39,084 bases of DNA from Burkholderiales bacterium. GTDB taxonomy: Bacteria; Pseudomonadota; Gammaproteobacteria; Burkholderiales; DATLHW01. Each line of letters begins with the position of its first letter. Position 1 is the stretch's first letter. Location: contig DATLHW010000117.1 in the NCBI GenBank assembly GCA_035539675.1, forward strand, positions 1-39,084. Direction: 5' to 3'. The notes beneath the pieces were generated by a model, which was given only the letters and a program-made list of their open reading frames with translations, did no database searches and was not told the origin of the DNA. The translations under genes were made by a program, and so were the position numbers. Shown piece by piece: positions 1 through 7,449 of the stretch.

Positions 1-1971
1 CTGGCCCATCATCCCCTCGGCCACGGAGCGAGCAACCGTTTCAGCAGTGGATTTGGCGACGGATTCGGATGTGCGTCGAACCGCGCCTTGCAATTCGACC
101 AACGTCGCTTCCAGGGTTTGCCGCGAAACCTCTCCGGCAGAGGAGCGCGCAACGTTCAATACCTGCTCCATTTGCTGATTAACGGCTTCCTGAGCTGCTT
201 CGCGTAGCGCGTTAAGGTCAACCTCACTAGAGGCCTCACCAAGTTCACGGCCCTCTTGTGCGCTCTCAAAAGTCTGCTCCGCAATAGTTCGCGCCACCCG
301 TTCAGCAGCCGCGAGAATGGCGCCATCGGACTCCTGTTTCGCTTTGGCGGCTTCCGCACGCCATGCCGCTAGCGCTTCCCGCACCGCTTCGGCAGCGATC
401 GTTTTCGCCGCTGTCTGAGAGGATTGTTCGACGGTCGCCATTGTCGTGATGGCCTCACGGACGAAGGTCTCAGCGATGCCTCGCGCTGTACGCTCGGCTA
501 TCTGAGCAGTGTCTTCCACTGGCGCCAACGGCGTAGCCTTCACGTCGACAAGCGCCTGTTGAATGAGCGCGCCCGCAACTCGCTCAGCGGTTTCAACCGC
601 AACACGCTCCACATGTTCTGGAGTAACAACGTCATCGCCGCTGGCCGCTGGAGCCGCATCGCGCATCGCTCCTTCAACGGCTTGCCGAACCGACTCCTGC
701 AATGGAGCGCGCGTCGACTCAAGGACCTGACGGGAAATACTCTGGACGAAAACGTCTTTCGAGGAATCTAATGCCTGACGTGCGGCAGCTTCGGCGGCAG
801 TGCGGGCAATCCGCGCCATCTCCTCGGCGGGAGTAATTTCGGGTGCGCTTGCTTGCGCCTTCTCCAGCGCTTGCTGAATTAAGCTCTGCGACACGCGTTC
901 GGCGGTCTTCTCCACGTGCTCGTGGGTGACTGCTTCCACGCCGCCCTGCGGGACTGCGATGCTGGTTGTCGCCTGCTCAACCGCTTGGCGCACAGATTCC
1001 TGCAATTCGGTGCGCGTCGCCTCCAACACTTGGCGCGATACATCAGCAATAAGGTCGCCCTTGGCGGCATCCAATAGCTGACGCGCGGCGGCTTCCGCGG
1101 TGGAGCGAGCAATAAATAGCGCTTGCCGCTTTTGCTCGTCGGCGGCTTCCTGCACCGCCTGTCGAGCCGCCTGCGCAGCGCTTTCTCCTCCAGGATGACC
1201 TGCGGCCACACTCTCTCCACTCGCCGCAGCAAGGGCGCTTTGCACCGCTTGCTCCGCAGCGGCGCGCGCGGACTCCAGCACTTGGCGCGAGGTGTCCTCA
1301 ATAGCTTCGCGCGCGGAGTCAACGGTTTGGCGGGCGGCAGCCTCAGCCGTTGATCGGGCAATGAACAGCGCCTGCCGTTTCTGCTCGTCGGCGGATTCTT
1401 TGATAAGTTTCTCCGCCACTTCGCTCGCTATGCGCTCCGCTATTCGAGCAATCTCGTCAGCACTGATAGATGCAGCAGCGGTGGCGACAGGAGCAGAGAC
1501 GGCGGAGACAGGGGCAGAAGCGCTAACGACGGGGGAAGAAGCGGGAGCAGCGTCCGGCATAGGCTCCAGCGCGGGAGGAGAAACTGGTTTGGCAGCCCTG
1601 GCCTTCTGGCGCATTTCGGCAATGATGTCATCCAGAGCGGTATCCTCAACCGGCTTGGTGAGAAAACCACTGGCGCCGTTTTCCTTCGCCTGCGCGCGTT
1701 CGTGAGGCGTATCTTGCCCGGTGCACATGATCACCGGAATGGCGGCGGTCGCCGGCGTGGAAGTAATTATCTTGGTCGCCTGAAAACCATCCATGTCAGG
1801 CATCATGAAGTCCATGAAGATAATATCCGGCGCGATATTTTTCAGGTATTCGAGGGCCTCCGGCCCAGACGCCACCGAATCAACGCTCATCCCGCGATCC
1901 TCAAGCATGCGACTCAACTTGACCCGCACGACTTTGGAATCGTCCACAACCAGCGCTTTATGGAATTTCAT
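1..1971 (-). CDS. Response regulator: CheY-like receiver domain fused to a long Ala/Glu/Arg-rich repeat region (3' end cut by window edge)
   Basis: Absent from the ORF track because it has no stop inside the window. ATG at 1971-1969 follows GGGGGG. Hand translation gives MKFHKALVVDDSKVVRVKLSRMLEDRGMSVDS...DIIFMDFMMPDMDGF...IPVIMCTG...GFLTKPV, with the canonical receiver DD, phospho-Asp, T and K residues. The frame stays open to base 1 (ends ...RSVAEGMMGQ). The 22-aa module ADEQKRQALFIARSTAEAAARQ is encoded twice (1078-1143 and 1327-1392), and SRQVLE[AS]TR..LQESVRQAVE modules also recur. Confidence 0.85.
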   Translation of the reverse strand, partial: MKFHKALVVDDSKVVRVKLSRMLEDRGMSVDSVASGPEALEYLKNIAPDIIFMDFMMPDMDGFQATKIITSTPATAAIPVIMCTGQDTPHERAQAKENGASGFLTKPVEDTALDDIIAEMRQKARAAKPVSPPALEPMPDAAPASSPVVSASAPVSAVSAPVATAAASISADEIARIAERIASEVAEKLIKESADEQKRQALFIARSTAEAAARQTVDSAREAIEDTSRQVLESARAAAEQAVQSALAAASGESVAAGHPGGESAAQAARQAVQEAADEQKRQALFIARSTAEAAARQLLDAAKGDLIADVSRQVLEATRTELQESVRQAVEQATTSIAVPQGGVEAVTHEHVEKTAERVSQSLIQQALEKAQASAPEITPAEEMARIARTAAEAAARQALDSSKDVFVQSISRQVLESTRAPLQESVRQAVEGAMRDAAPAASGDDVVTPEHVERVAVETAERVAGALIQQALVDVKATPLAPVEDTAQIAERTARGIAETFVREAITTMATVEQSSQTAAKTIAAEAVREALAAWRAEAAKAKQESDGAILAAAERVARTIAEQTFESAQEGRELGEASSEVDLNALREAAQEAVNQQMEQVLNVARSSAGEVSRQTLEATLVELQGAVRRTSESVAKSTAETVARSVAEGMMGQ

Positions 1972-2051
1972 TTGCCCCCCTAACGGTGTATGAGGTGGAT
2001 GCCTAATGCCTGTTTGCGACGCTATGAAATATTGCTGCTTCTATAACCGTA

Positions 2052-2155
2052 AGGACCTACGCAAAAGCGTTCCAGCAAGACGCGCCGACGCAGACAGTAC
2101 GAACTTTGTACGGCAAGGAGGCGCAACGCCGCTGGAGCGCTTTTGCGTAAGTCCT
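2052..2155. repeat. Palindromic MITE/REP-like element, family B (copy B1)
   Basis: Terminal inverted repeats AGGACCTACGCAAAAGCGTTCCAGC (2052-2076) and GCTGGAGCGCTTTTGCGTAAGTCCT (2131-2155). The core TTCCAGCAAGACGCGCCGACGCAGACAGTAC...GTACGGCAAGGAG is shared with the copy at 33179-33357. ATAACCG is present in both flanks. Confidence 0.7.
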
Positions 2156-2222
2156 ATAACCGGCTTGATTCTATGTCAGCCAAACAACAAGGTGTTAGCC
2201 GAAATGCATATACCGTCCACAT

Positions 2223-2308
2223 AGGACTTACGCAAACGGTCCCAGCGACGTTACGTCTTCTTGCCCATAACTCAGCGCGTCTTGCTGGGACGGTTTTACA
2301 TAAGTCCT
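2223..2308. repeat. Palindromic MITE/REP-like element, family B (short copy B2)
   Basis: Arms AGGACTTACGCAAACGGTCCCAGC (2223-2246) and GCTGGGACGGTTTTACATAAGTCCT (2284-2308). Flanked by TA on both sides if the termini are read as GGAC/GTCC. The internal GCGCGTCTTGCTGG is the reverse complement of the B1 core. The right end abuts or overlaps the LysR stop codon (2307-2309). Confidence 0.65.
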
Positions 2309-3260
2309 ACGACAAAGTTTCACGTGCGCCCTCGGCAAGCATCCATTCTCTAAATGCAACTACGGATGGTCGATCAGCCAACGCCTCCGGTGTTACGAGA
2401 TAAAAGGCGTAACGGGATGGCGCCGCGATGTCGAAGGGAATACATAAACGTCCATCGGCGACATCGGCGGTCACGAAAGGCTTAAGCGCAAGAACCACCC
2501 CCAGTCCATCCATTGCAGCGCCCAACGCAAGCACTGCATTACTGAAATGCAATCCACGGGAAGTCTCCACGTCGGTCACACCGGCCATCTTCAACCATTC
2601 TTCCCAATTAGGACGCTCGGCCTCATCAGGGATGCTGTCATCATGAATCAGAGTGTGGTGCGTAAGATCCTGCAACGTCCGCAACGGATGCGCCCCTCCC
2701 AGCAAACGAGGACTGCATGCCGCCACATACGATGGCGAAAAAATCGGGTCGACGGAAAATCCGGGATATCGGCCATTTCCAAAGCGAATGGAGACGTCGG
2801 ACGCCTCGTCTCTCAAATCGACCACATCGGCGCCCGGCCCGTCCCTCGCATTGCTGTCGATCGTTTTCAGGCTGCTAGTGAGATGCAATTCAATATTTGG
2901 GTAATGAAACCGGAAGCTATGCAGACGCGGCAGTAGCCATCGCGCGGCAAAGCCTGGCGGCGCGCTCACCACTAAGGATCCCCCCTCTTTGTGGCGATGG
3001 GTCCGCTCAATAGCAGCAGCAAGACAAGAAAAACCCTCACGCACCTTAGGCAACATCGCCTCCGCCACTTCGGTGAGCTCCAGCGCACGGGTTAAGCGAT
3101 GGAAGAGTTTAATACTCAGGTACTCCTCCAAAGCTTTGACTTGGTGACTAATGGCCGCCGGTGTGACATGCAGTTCCTCCGCAGCCTTCTTGAAACTCAG
3201 GTGGCGGGCGGCTGCTTCGAATGCTCGTAAGGAGCCAAGAGGAGGAAGTTGGTAGCTCAT
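2307..3260 (-). CDS. LysR-family transcriptional regulator (GcvA/AmpR-like subgroup)
   Basis: 317-aa ORF with an ATG start. N-terminal wHTH LRAFEAAARHLSFKKAAEELHVTPAAISHQVKALEEYLSIKLFHR, followed by a LysR substrate-binding-type C-terminus. Confidence 0.9.
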   Translation of the reverse strand: MSYQLPPLGSLRAFEAAARHLSFKKAAEELHVTPAAISHQVKALEEYLSIKLFHRLTRALELTEVAEAMLPKVREGFSCLAAAIERTHRHKEGGSLVVSAPPGFAARWLLPRLHSFRFHYPNIELHLTSSLKTIDSNARDGPGADVVDLRDEASDVSIRFGNGRYPGFSVDPIFSPSYVAACSPRLLGGAHPLRTLQDLTHHTLIHDDSIPDEAERPNWEEWLKMAGVTDVETSRGLHFSNAVLALGAAMDGLGVVLALKPFVTADVADGRLCIPFDIAAPSRYAFYLVTPEALADRPSVVAFREWMLAEGARETLS

Positions 3261-3299
3261 AAATTAGTTTTTCTAACGCATCACATAATAATTAATCGT

Positions 3300-3316
3300 T
3301 TGTTGCGATGCAACAA
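3300..3316. promoter_or_regulatory. Putative LysR-type (T-N11-A) operator in the divergent promoter region
   Basis: Perfect 7-3-7 dyad TTGTTGC-GAT-GCAACAA inside an AT-rich spacer. It lies about 40 bp upstream of the LysR ATG and about 75 bp upstream of the divergent small ORF. Confidence 0.35.
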
Positions 3317-3389
3317 TAACCATATATTGATGTCGTATTAAGGGTTTGATTGAGCAAGTTATCAGACAAATGTCTGAATGGAGGTTGAA

Positions 3390-3599
3390 ATGAAACGAAA
3401 TTATGCTGAATTCATGATTTATGCGTACCGAGGCGAAAAAAGGCGCGGCGAGGCGCTTGCCGAGATGATCCTAGCCGTATGGCATGACATTAAAGGCTTT
3501 ATGGCCAAAATCGTCGAAGCGAAAACCGCCGGCGTACAAAAATACAGAAGGGCGCCATTTCCACGGTCGCCCTTTCTTAGACCCGCACCCCGGCATTAA
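3390..3599 (+). CDS. Small hypothetical protein (69 aa), divergent from the LysR gene
   Basis: The ORF track starts it at 3378. The ATG at 3390 lies 5 nt after GGAGG (3380-3384). A rho-independent terminator follows directly. No family recognised. Confidence 0.4.
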   Translation: MKRNYAEFMIYAYRGEKRRGEALAEMILAVWHDIKGFMAKIVEAKTAGVQKYRRAPFPRSPFLRPAPRH

Positions 3600-3613
3600 T
3601 TAACGTTATGGTT

Positions 3614-3649
3614 GGCGGCGCCTTCACGGGCGCTGCCGCCGGTTTTTTA
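3614..3649 (+). terminator. Rho-independent terminator
   Basis: GC-rich imperfect stem GGCGGCGCC...GGCGCTGCCGCC followed by GGTTTTTT, 15 nt after the small-ORF stop codon. Confidence 0.55.
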
Positions 3650-3674
3650 AACGCGTGACTTGCGCTCGCATGCT

Positions 3675-4070
3675 TCACAACGCGGCCGCAATCGTCTCAT
3701 ATAGCGTGCGTAGTTCCGGGATGAATAGCGCCATGATGAGCACGAGCAATAACAAGACAAGGAAAAGCATGGCCGCAAAAACGCGAATCGCATATCCGAG
3801 CCAACGAAACGGCTGATTAAATGCGCATTGCCATACGATAAAGACGCCAGCCCCCACGGCAAGTTGGGGAATAAGAATAATAAGGCGAGCAGTTAAGTCG
3901 TCTATTTGAGGCGCGACCTCTTGCAAAAGCACGAACACGGCGGCGAGTAATAAAAGCGCCACCGGCCCGCACAAAAACATGCCGAGCAAAAAGGCCTTCC
4001 ACAACGTTACTTTCCCGCTAAGAAGTCGCTCAAAAATTCCCATCTGAGCCTGCTTGTCGTCACCTGCCAT
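3675..4070 (-). CDS. Small polytopic membrane protein, unknown function
   Basis: The ORF track gives 3675-4094 with a TTG start; the first ATG is at 4070 and another at 4043. About four hydrophobic segments (LLGMFLCGPVALLLLAAVFVLL, LIILIPQLAVGAGVFIVW, VFAAMLFLVLLLLVLIMALFI). No family recognised. Confidence 0.5.
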   Translation of the reverse strand: MAGDDKQAQMGIFERLLSGKVTLWKAFLLGMFLCGPVALLLLAAVFVLLQEVAPQIDDLTARLIILIPQLAVGAGVFIVWQCAFNQPFRWLGYAIRVFAAMLFLVLLLLVLIMALFIPELRTLYETIAAAL

Positions 4071-4164
4071 CCAGAGCTTCCCTATTTGTAACAACCGGCC
4101 GCAGGAGGCGCTGAGTGAAAATAAGGCCCACGCAATAAGATCGTAAACAGGCGCTTTGACAATA

Positions 4165-4363
4165 GACTTCTTTCGAAACCTACTGCGCAGACCGAGATCA
4201 AGCCTGCGGTGCTCAACGCCCTTGCAGGGCGCGTTTGCGTTTGCACACGCAAACCGTTCCGCAGGTGGGAAGCATGCTCCCCGAAACCCCTGCTACACCT
4301 ATTAGTACACCTGCGCTTCTAGCGCTCGATCTCGGGCCGCTCGCTACGGTTTCGAAAGAAGTC
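4165..4363. mobile_element. Non-autonomous MITE-like element, family A (copy A1), TA-flanked
   Basis: Perfect 17-bp terminal inverted repeats (A)GACTTCTTTCGAAACC and GGTTTCGAAAGAAGTC(T), with TA on both sides (4163-4164 and 4364-4365). Same termini as the element at 33412-33532. No coding capacity. Confidence 0.7.
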
Positions 4364-4372
4364 TAATTAACT

Positions 4373-7075
4373 CTACGAAGTCGCGGCCTTGCTGTCGGCA
4401 TTCATGTGCCCTTCGCCCACTTGCGCAAGCGGCTCTTCGGAAAGTCGCAAAGCAAGGCGAAACTCCGCACCGCCTTCCGCATGGTTTCGAGCTTCTATTC
4501 GAGCGTTCATGGAGGTTAACGATTCAGCGCTCAACGCCAACCCCAGCCCAAGTCCCTGCCCCTCGGGTTTACTCGTGAAAAATGGCTCGAACAAATGACG
4601 CATGGCTTCCGGCGATAGGCCCGGTCCCGTATCGCGAACCAGAAGCCAAACCACATCTTCAGCCATCACAGAAGACACAAAGATCGCCTTACGCGGCGAG
4701 GTGGCCATCGCGTCCGCAGCGTTAAACATAAGGTTCGCGATAACCAATGACAATCGCTCTGGATCGGCTTGAATTCCGACCCCTTCGATTTCCTCGTGAT
4801 AATCGATCTTTTCCATCTTCACTCGCGGCCAAAACAATCGTCGCGCGTCATCGAAAACAGTGCGTAGATTGTGAACGGAAATCCGTGGTGGGTCCGACCG
4901 GGAAAAATTTCGTAGCCTTCTGATCAGGTTGCGTAGCCGAACTACTTCATGAGTAATATCCGGCACCATCTCGGCTGCATCCGTGGGCCGGCCTTGCTCC
5001 AGCAATTTTCCGACGTTATCCGTTAACAACGCGATTGTGCCAACCGGATGACTCATTTCATGAACAACGCCACTAGCTAACCGCCCAACAGCAACCATCT
5101 TCCCCGCATGAACAAGGACGTTACGCATCTTTTCGTGCTCAAGTTCGGCGGTCGCTGACGCCAGTTGCTGCGCGTGGGCCGCATTGGCCAACGCAACAGC
5201 GCCGTAAGCCGATAAGGTGCGAACAATCTGCCGCTCCCTTTCGCCATACGCCTTTTCCTCCACCGACTGCACAAGTAATACGCCCAGCACCTCGCCTCCT
5301 GCAATAAGGGGCGCAAACAATGCGGTCCGCATCGCTTGCGAATCGAGACTCTGGCCTGTCTCCTCTTGCCCCGGGGCAAGCTCGACCAACATTTCTCGAC
5401 GTTCGCGAGCGCTTCGAGCGGCATACGAACTCTGGCTATCCAGTGCTATGCGCAGCCTCGGCAACGGCCTCCCATCCTCCACACCAAATCGCAATTCGAG
5501 CTCATTTCCATCGATCAGCCAAATGGACAACGATGGCGCGTCCAATAAGGCGCCTACGCGATGATAGAGCGCTTTCAATACCGTTTCGGTATCAAGCGTG
5601 GTGGTGATTTCCTGGCCAATCGTCGCAAGACGCTTCATATCGGCTAACAAGACGCTACGGGTGCGGTTCGCTAGTTCAGCACGCTCCTTCGCCACCATTA
5701 ACTCGGCAGTTCTTTGCTTCACCAATTCTTCCAGCCCTGCTTGATAGGCAGCAAGCTCCCCATCCAGCGCGGAGCGAGCAAAAGCTGGCGCCAGCAACTC
5801 CAGATAATGCATCACCCCTGAGTAACGACTCGTTGCACCCGGCGGAATTAAACCCGAGACGGCGATGACACCCAACCGTCTGTTTTCGGTTAAGACCGGC
5901 AAAACACAAATGAAATGCTGCTCATCGAAGCTTTCGAGCTTACCCATTGCAGCCAATGGCGGAAAAGCAACGAGGTTGCTGCTTATGACTTCGCGCTCGT
6001 CGATATGGTCTTCGCCATAGTTTTGAATGTGACGTATCGTGAGTTTGTCAGGCTCGGCCAATGGCTCGTCCCACCGCCCGATGCAGGCCCACTGCACGTA
6101 AGGCACGAGCAACGTCATCAACGATTCGATTCTTTCAAAGCTGGCAGTGATGAGATCGCGACTAATTTCATAACTAACACCGACTGTCGTCGTCAAGTCG
6201 TCGTCCGTAATCATTTCTGGCGTTAGTCGATGGTGCTCATCCGACGCATCATCCAAAGACAATCCACTAGAGTGACGTGGAATGAAAACATTCGTCACCA
6301 GCTCCCGCCCGCCTCTCTGCTGACCACATTGGATTTGCTCCAGCGCCACGCTGACGGCACGCTCGGCAAGTTGGTCGAGATTCTGATCTATGGTAGCCAA
6401 CGGCGGCACGCATCGACGCGCCGAAAAAGAGTTGTCATAGCCGATGACAGCGATATCCTCAGGCACCCTTAAACCGGACTCCTGGAAACAAGTGATAGCG
6501 CCCACCGCATTTCGGTCAGTGCCGGCGAACGCAACAGTGATCGGGATACGACGAGTCAGAATGTCACGCGCCGCTCTCATTCCTCCGACATGACCAGACT
6601 CGTCCGTATCAAAAACATACTCAGGACGATAAGGAATTCCGTGGGACGCCAACGCATGGCGGTACCCTTCGAGCCGGCACATAACGTTGTATTCCGCGAG
6701 GTGCCCCATATAAGCGATGTGCCGATGACCTGCTTGAATCAACTCGCCAACCGCACGCGCCGTGCTCTCTTCGTTCTCGCTTTCTACTGAAACAACACTG
6801 GCGTTACCGAAATTGTGAGCGATCGAAACAATCGGTTTGCCCGTAGCAATTAGTCGTTCCAGATATTCAGGCGAGATGGAATTTAACACCACAATCCAGC
6901 CATCGATGTGGCCCAGCGCAATCGGCAAATCAAAGCGGCCTTTATTTCCGGTTCGAATTGCGATAACGCGAACGCCGTGCACCTGCGCTGACCGATGGAT
7001 CTGCGCCAACAGTTCCCCTAGATATCCGCCGCCCAAGAATGGCGTTAACACCCCAAGCGTGGTCGTTTGGAACAT
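4373..7075 (-). CDS. Soluble sensor histidine kinase: HTH-less LacI-type (PBP type I) ligand-binding domain + linker + GAF + HisKA + HATPase_c
   Basis: 900 aa, ATG preceded by GGGGGGG.
- Residues ~1-270 look like a LacI/GalR sugar-binding core (GVLTPFLGGGY...IDGWIVV...VSVESENEESTARAVGELIQAGHRHIAYMG...RLEGYRHAL...IAVIGYDN) with no N-terminal HTH.
- A coiled coil and a GAF-like region follow.
- H-box GVVHEMSHPV, N-box NLMFNAADAM, G1 RDTGPG, G2 GQGLGLGL.
- No signal peptide or TM segment seen. Confidence 0.9.
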   Translation of the reverse strand: MFQTTTLGVLTPFLGGGYLGELLAQIHRSAQVHGVRVIAIRTGNKGRFDLPIALGHIDGWIVVLNSISPEYLERLIATGKPIVSIAHNFGNASVVSVESENEESTARAVGELIQAGHRHIAYMGHLAEYNVMCRLEGYRHALASHGIPYRPEYVFDTDESGHVGGMRAARDILTRRIPITVAFAGTDRNAVGAITCFQESGLRVPEDIAVIGYDNSFSARRCVPPLATIDQNLDQLAERAVSVALEQIQCGQQRGGRELVTNVFIPRHSSGLSLDDASDEHHRLTPEMITDDDLTTTVGVSYEISRDLITASFERIESLMTLLVPYVQWACIGRWDEPLAEPDKLTIRHIQNYGEDHIDEREVISSNLVAFPPLAAMGKLESFDEQHFICVLPVLTENRRLGVIAVSGLIPPGATSRYSGVMHYLELLAPAFARSALDGELAAYQAGLEELVKQRTAELMVAKERAELANRTRSVLLADMKRLATIGQEITTTLDTETVLKALYHRVGALLDAPSLSIWLIDGNELELRFGVEDGRPLPRLRIALDSQSSYAARSARERREMLVELAPGQEETGQSLDSQAMRTALFAPLIAGGEVLGVLLVQSVEEKAYGERERQIVRTLSAYGAVALANAAHAQQLASATAELEHEKMRNVLVHAGKMVAVGRLASGVVHEMSHPVGTIALLTDNVGKLLEQGRPTDAAEMVPDITHEVVRLRNLIRRLRNFSRSDPPRISVHNLRTVFDDARRLFWPRVKMEKIDYHEEIEGVGIQADPERLSLVIANLMFNAADAMATSPRKAIFVSSVMAEDVVWLLVRDTGPGLSPEAMRHLFEPFFTSKPEGQGLGLGLALSAESLTSMNARIEARNHAEGGAEFRLALRLSEEPLAQVGEGHMNADSKAATS

Positions 7076-7369
7076 GGAGCCCCCCCCATTTTTCTTTAAA
7101 CTAGAAATCAGCGATTCAACGTTAAACAGGAATAGTTAGGATGGCCATGCCTTCTCAGAACACGACATGGCCAACACAATCCTGGCGTTTACGAGAAACT
7201 AGTTCTTATTGGGCGCGATATGTTTTGCGTTACAAAACAATCAATCGCCAGTCGGCTAAGAAGTATGGGATTACTTATACCACAAAACAAAAGTAATTTT
7301 TTCTACGGCTTTTCCGAAAATAAGCCGAGAAAGGCTACGACAAATGGTTTATCCATTTAGAGATTAAAC

Positions 7370-7422
7370 AAACGCCAAGGCTTTACGCTTTATCAGCCTG
7401 CCCCCTGAGGGGCTAGGCGTTT
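7370..7422 (-). terminator. Possible stem-loop/terminator after the response-regulator gene
   Basis: The outer stem AAACGCC/GGCGTTT encloses a GCCCC/GGGGC hairpin, and on the minus strand a T-rich GTTTAATC tail follows. It lies 28 nt downstream of the stop codon at 7450. Weak. Confidence 0.3.
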
Positions 7423-7449
7423 AGTAATTGTTTTTTACTTCCCCATCGG

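Noticed and set aside
156-1705. Track ORFs 156-359, 424-771, 540-722, 879-1361, 1123-1353, 1292-1705 and 1440-1670
   Set aside because: All lie in alternative frames or on the opposite strand of the long open frame (minus strand, ending at 1971) that encodes a bona fide receiver domain. Their Arg/Ser/Pro-rich compositions are typical of off-frame GC-rich reading.
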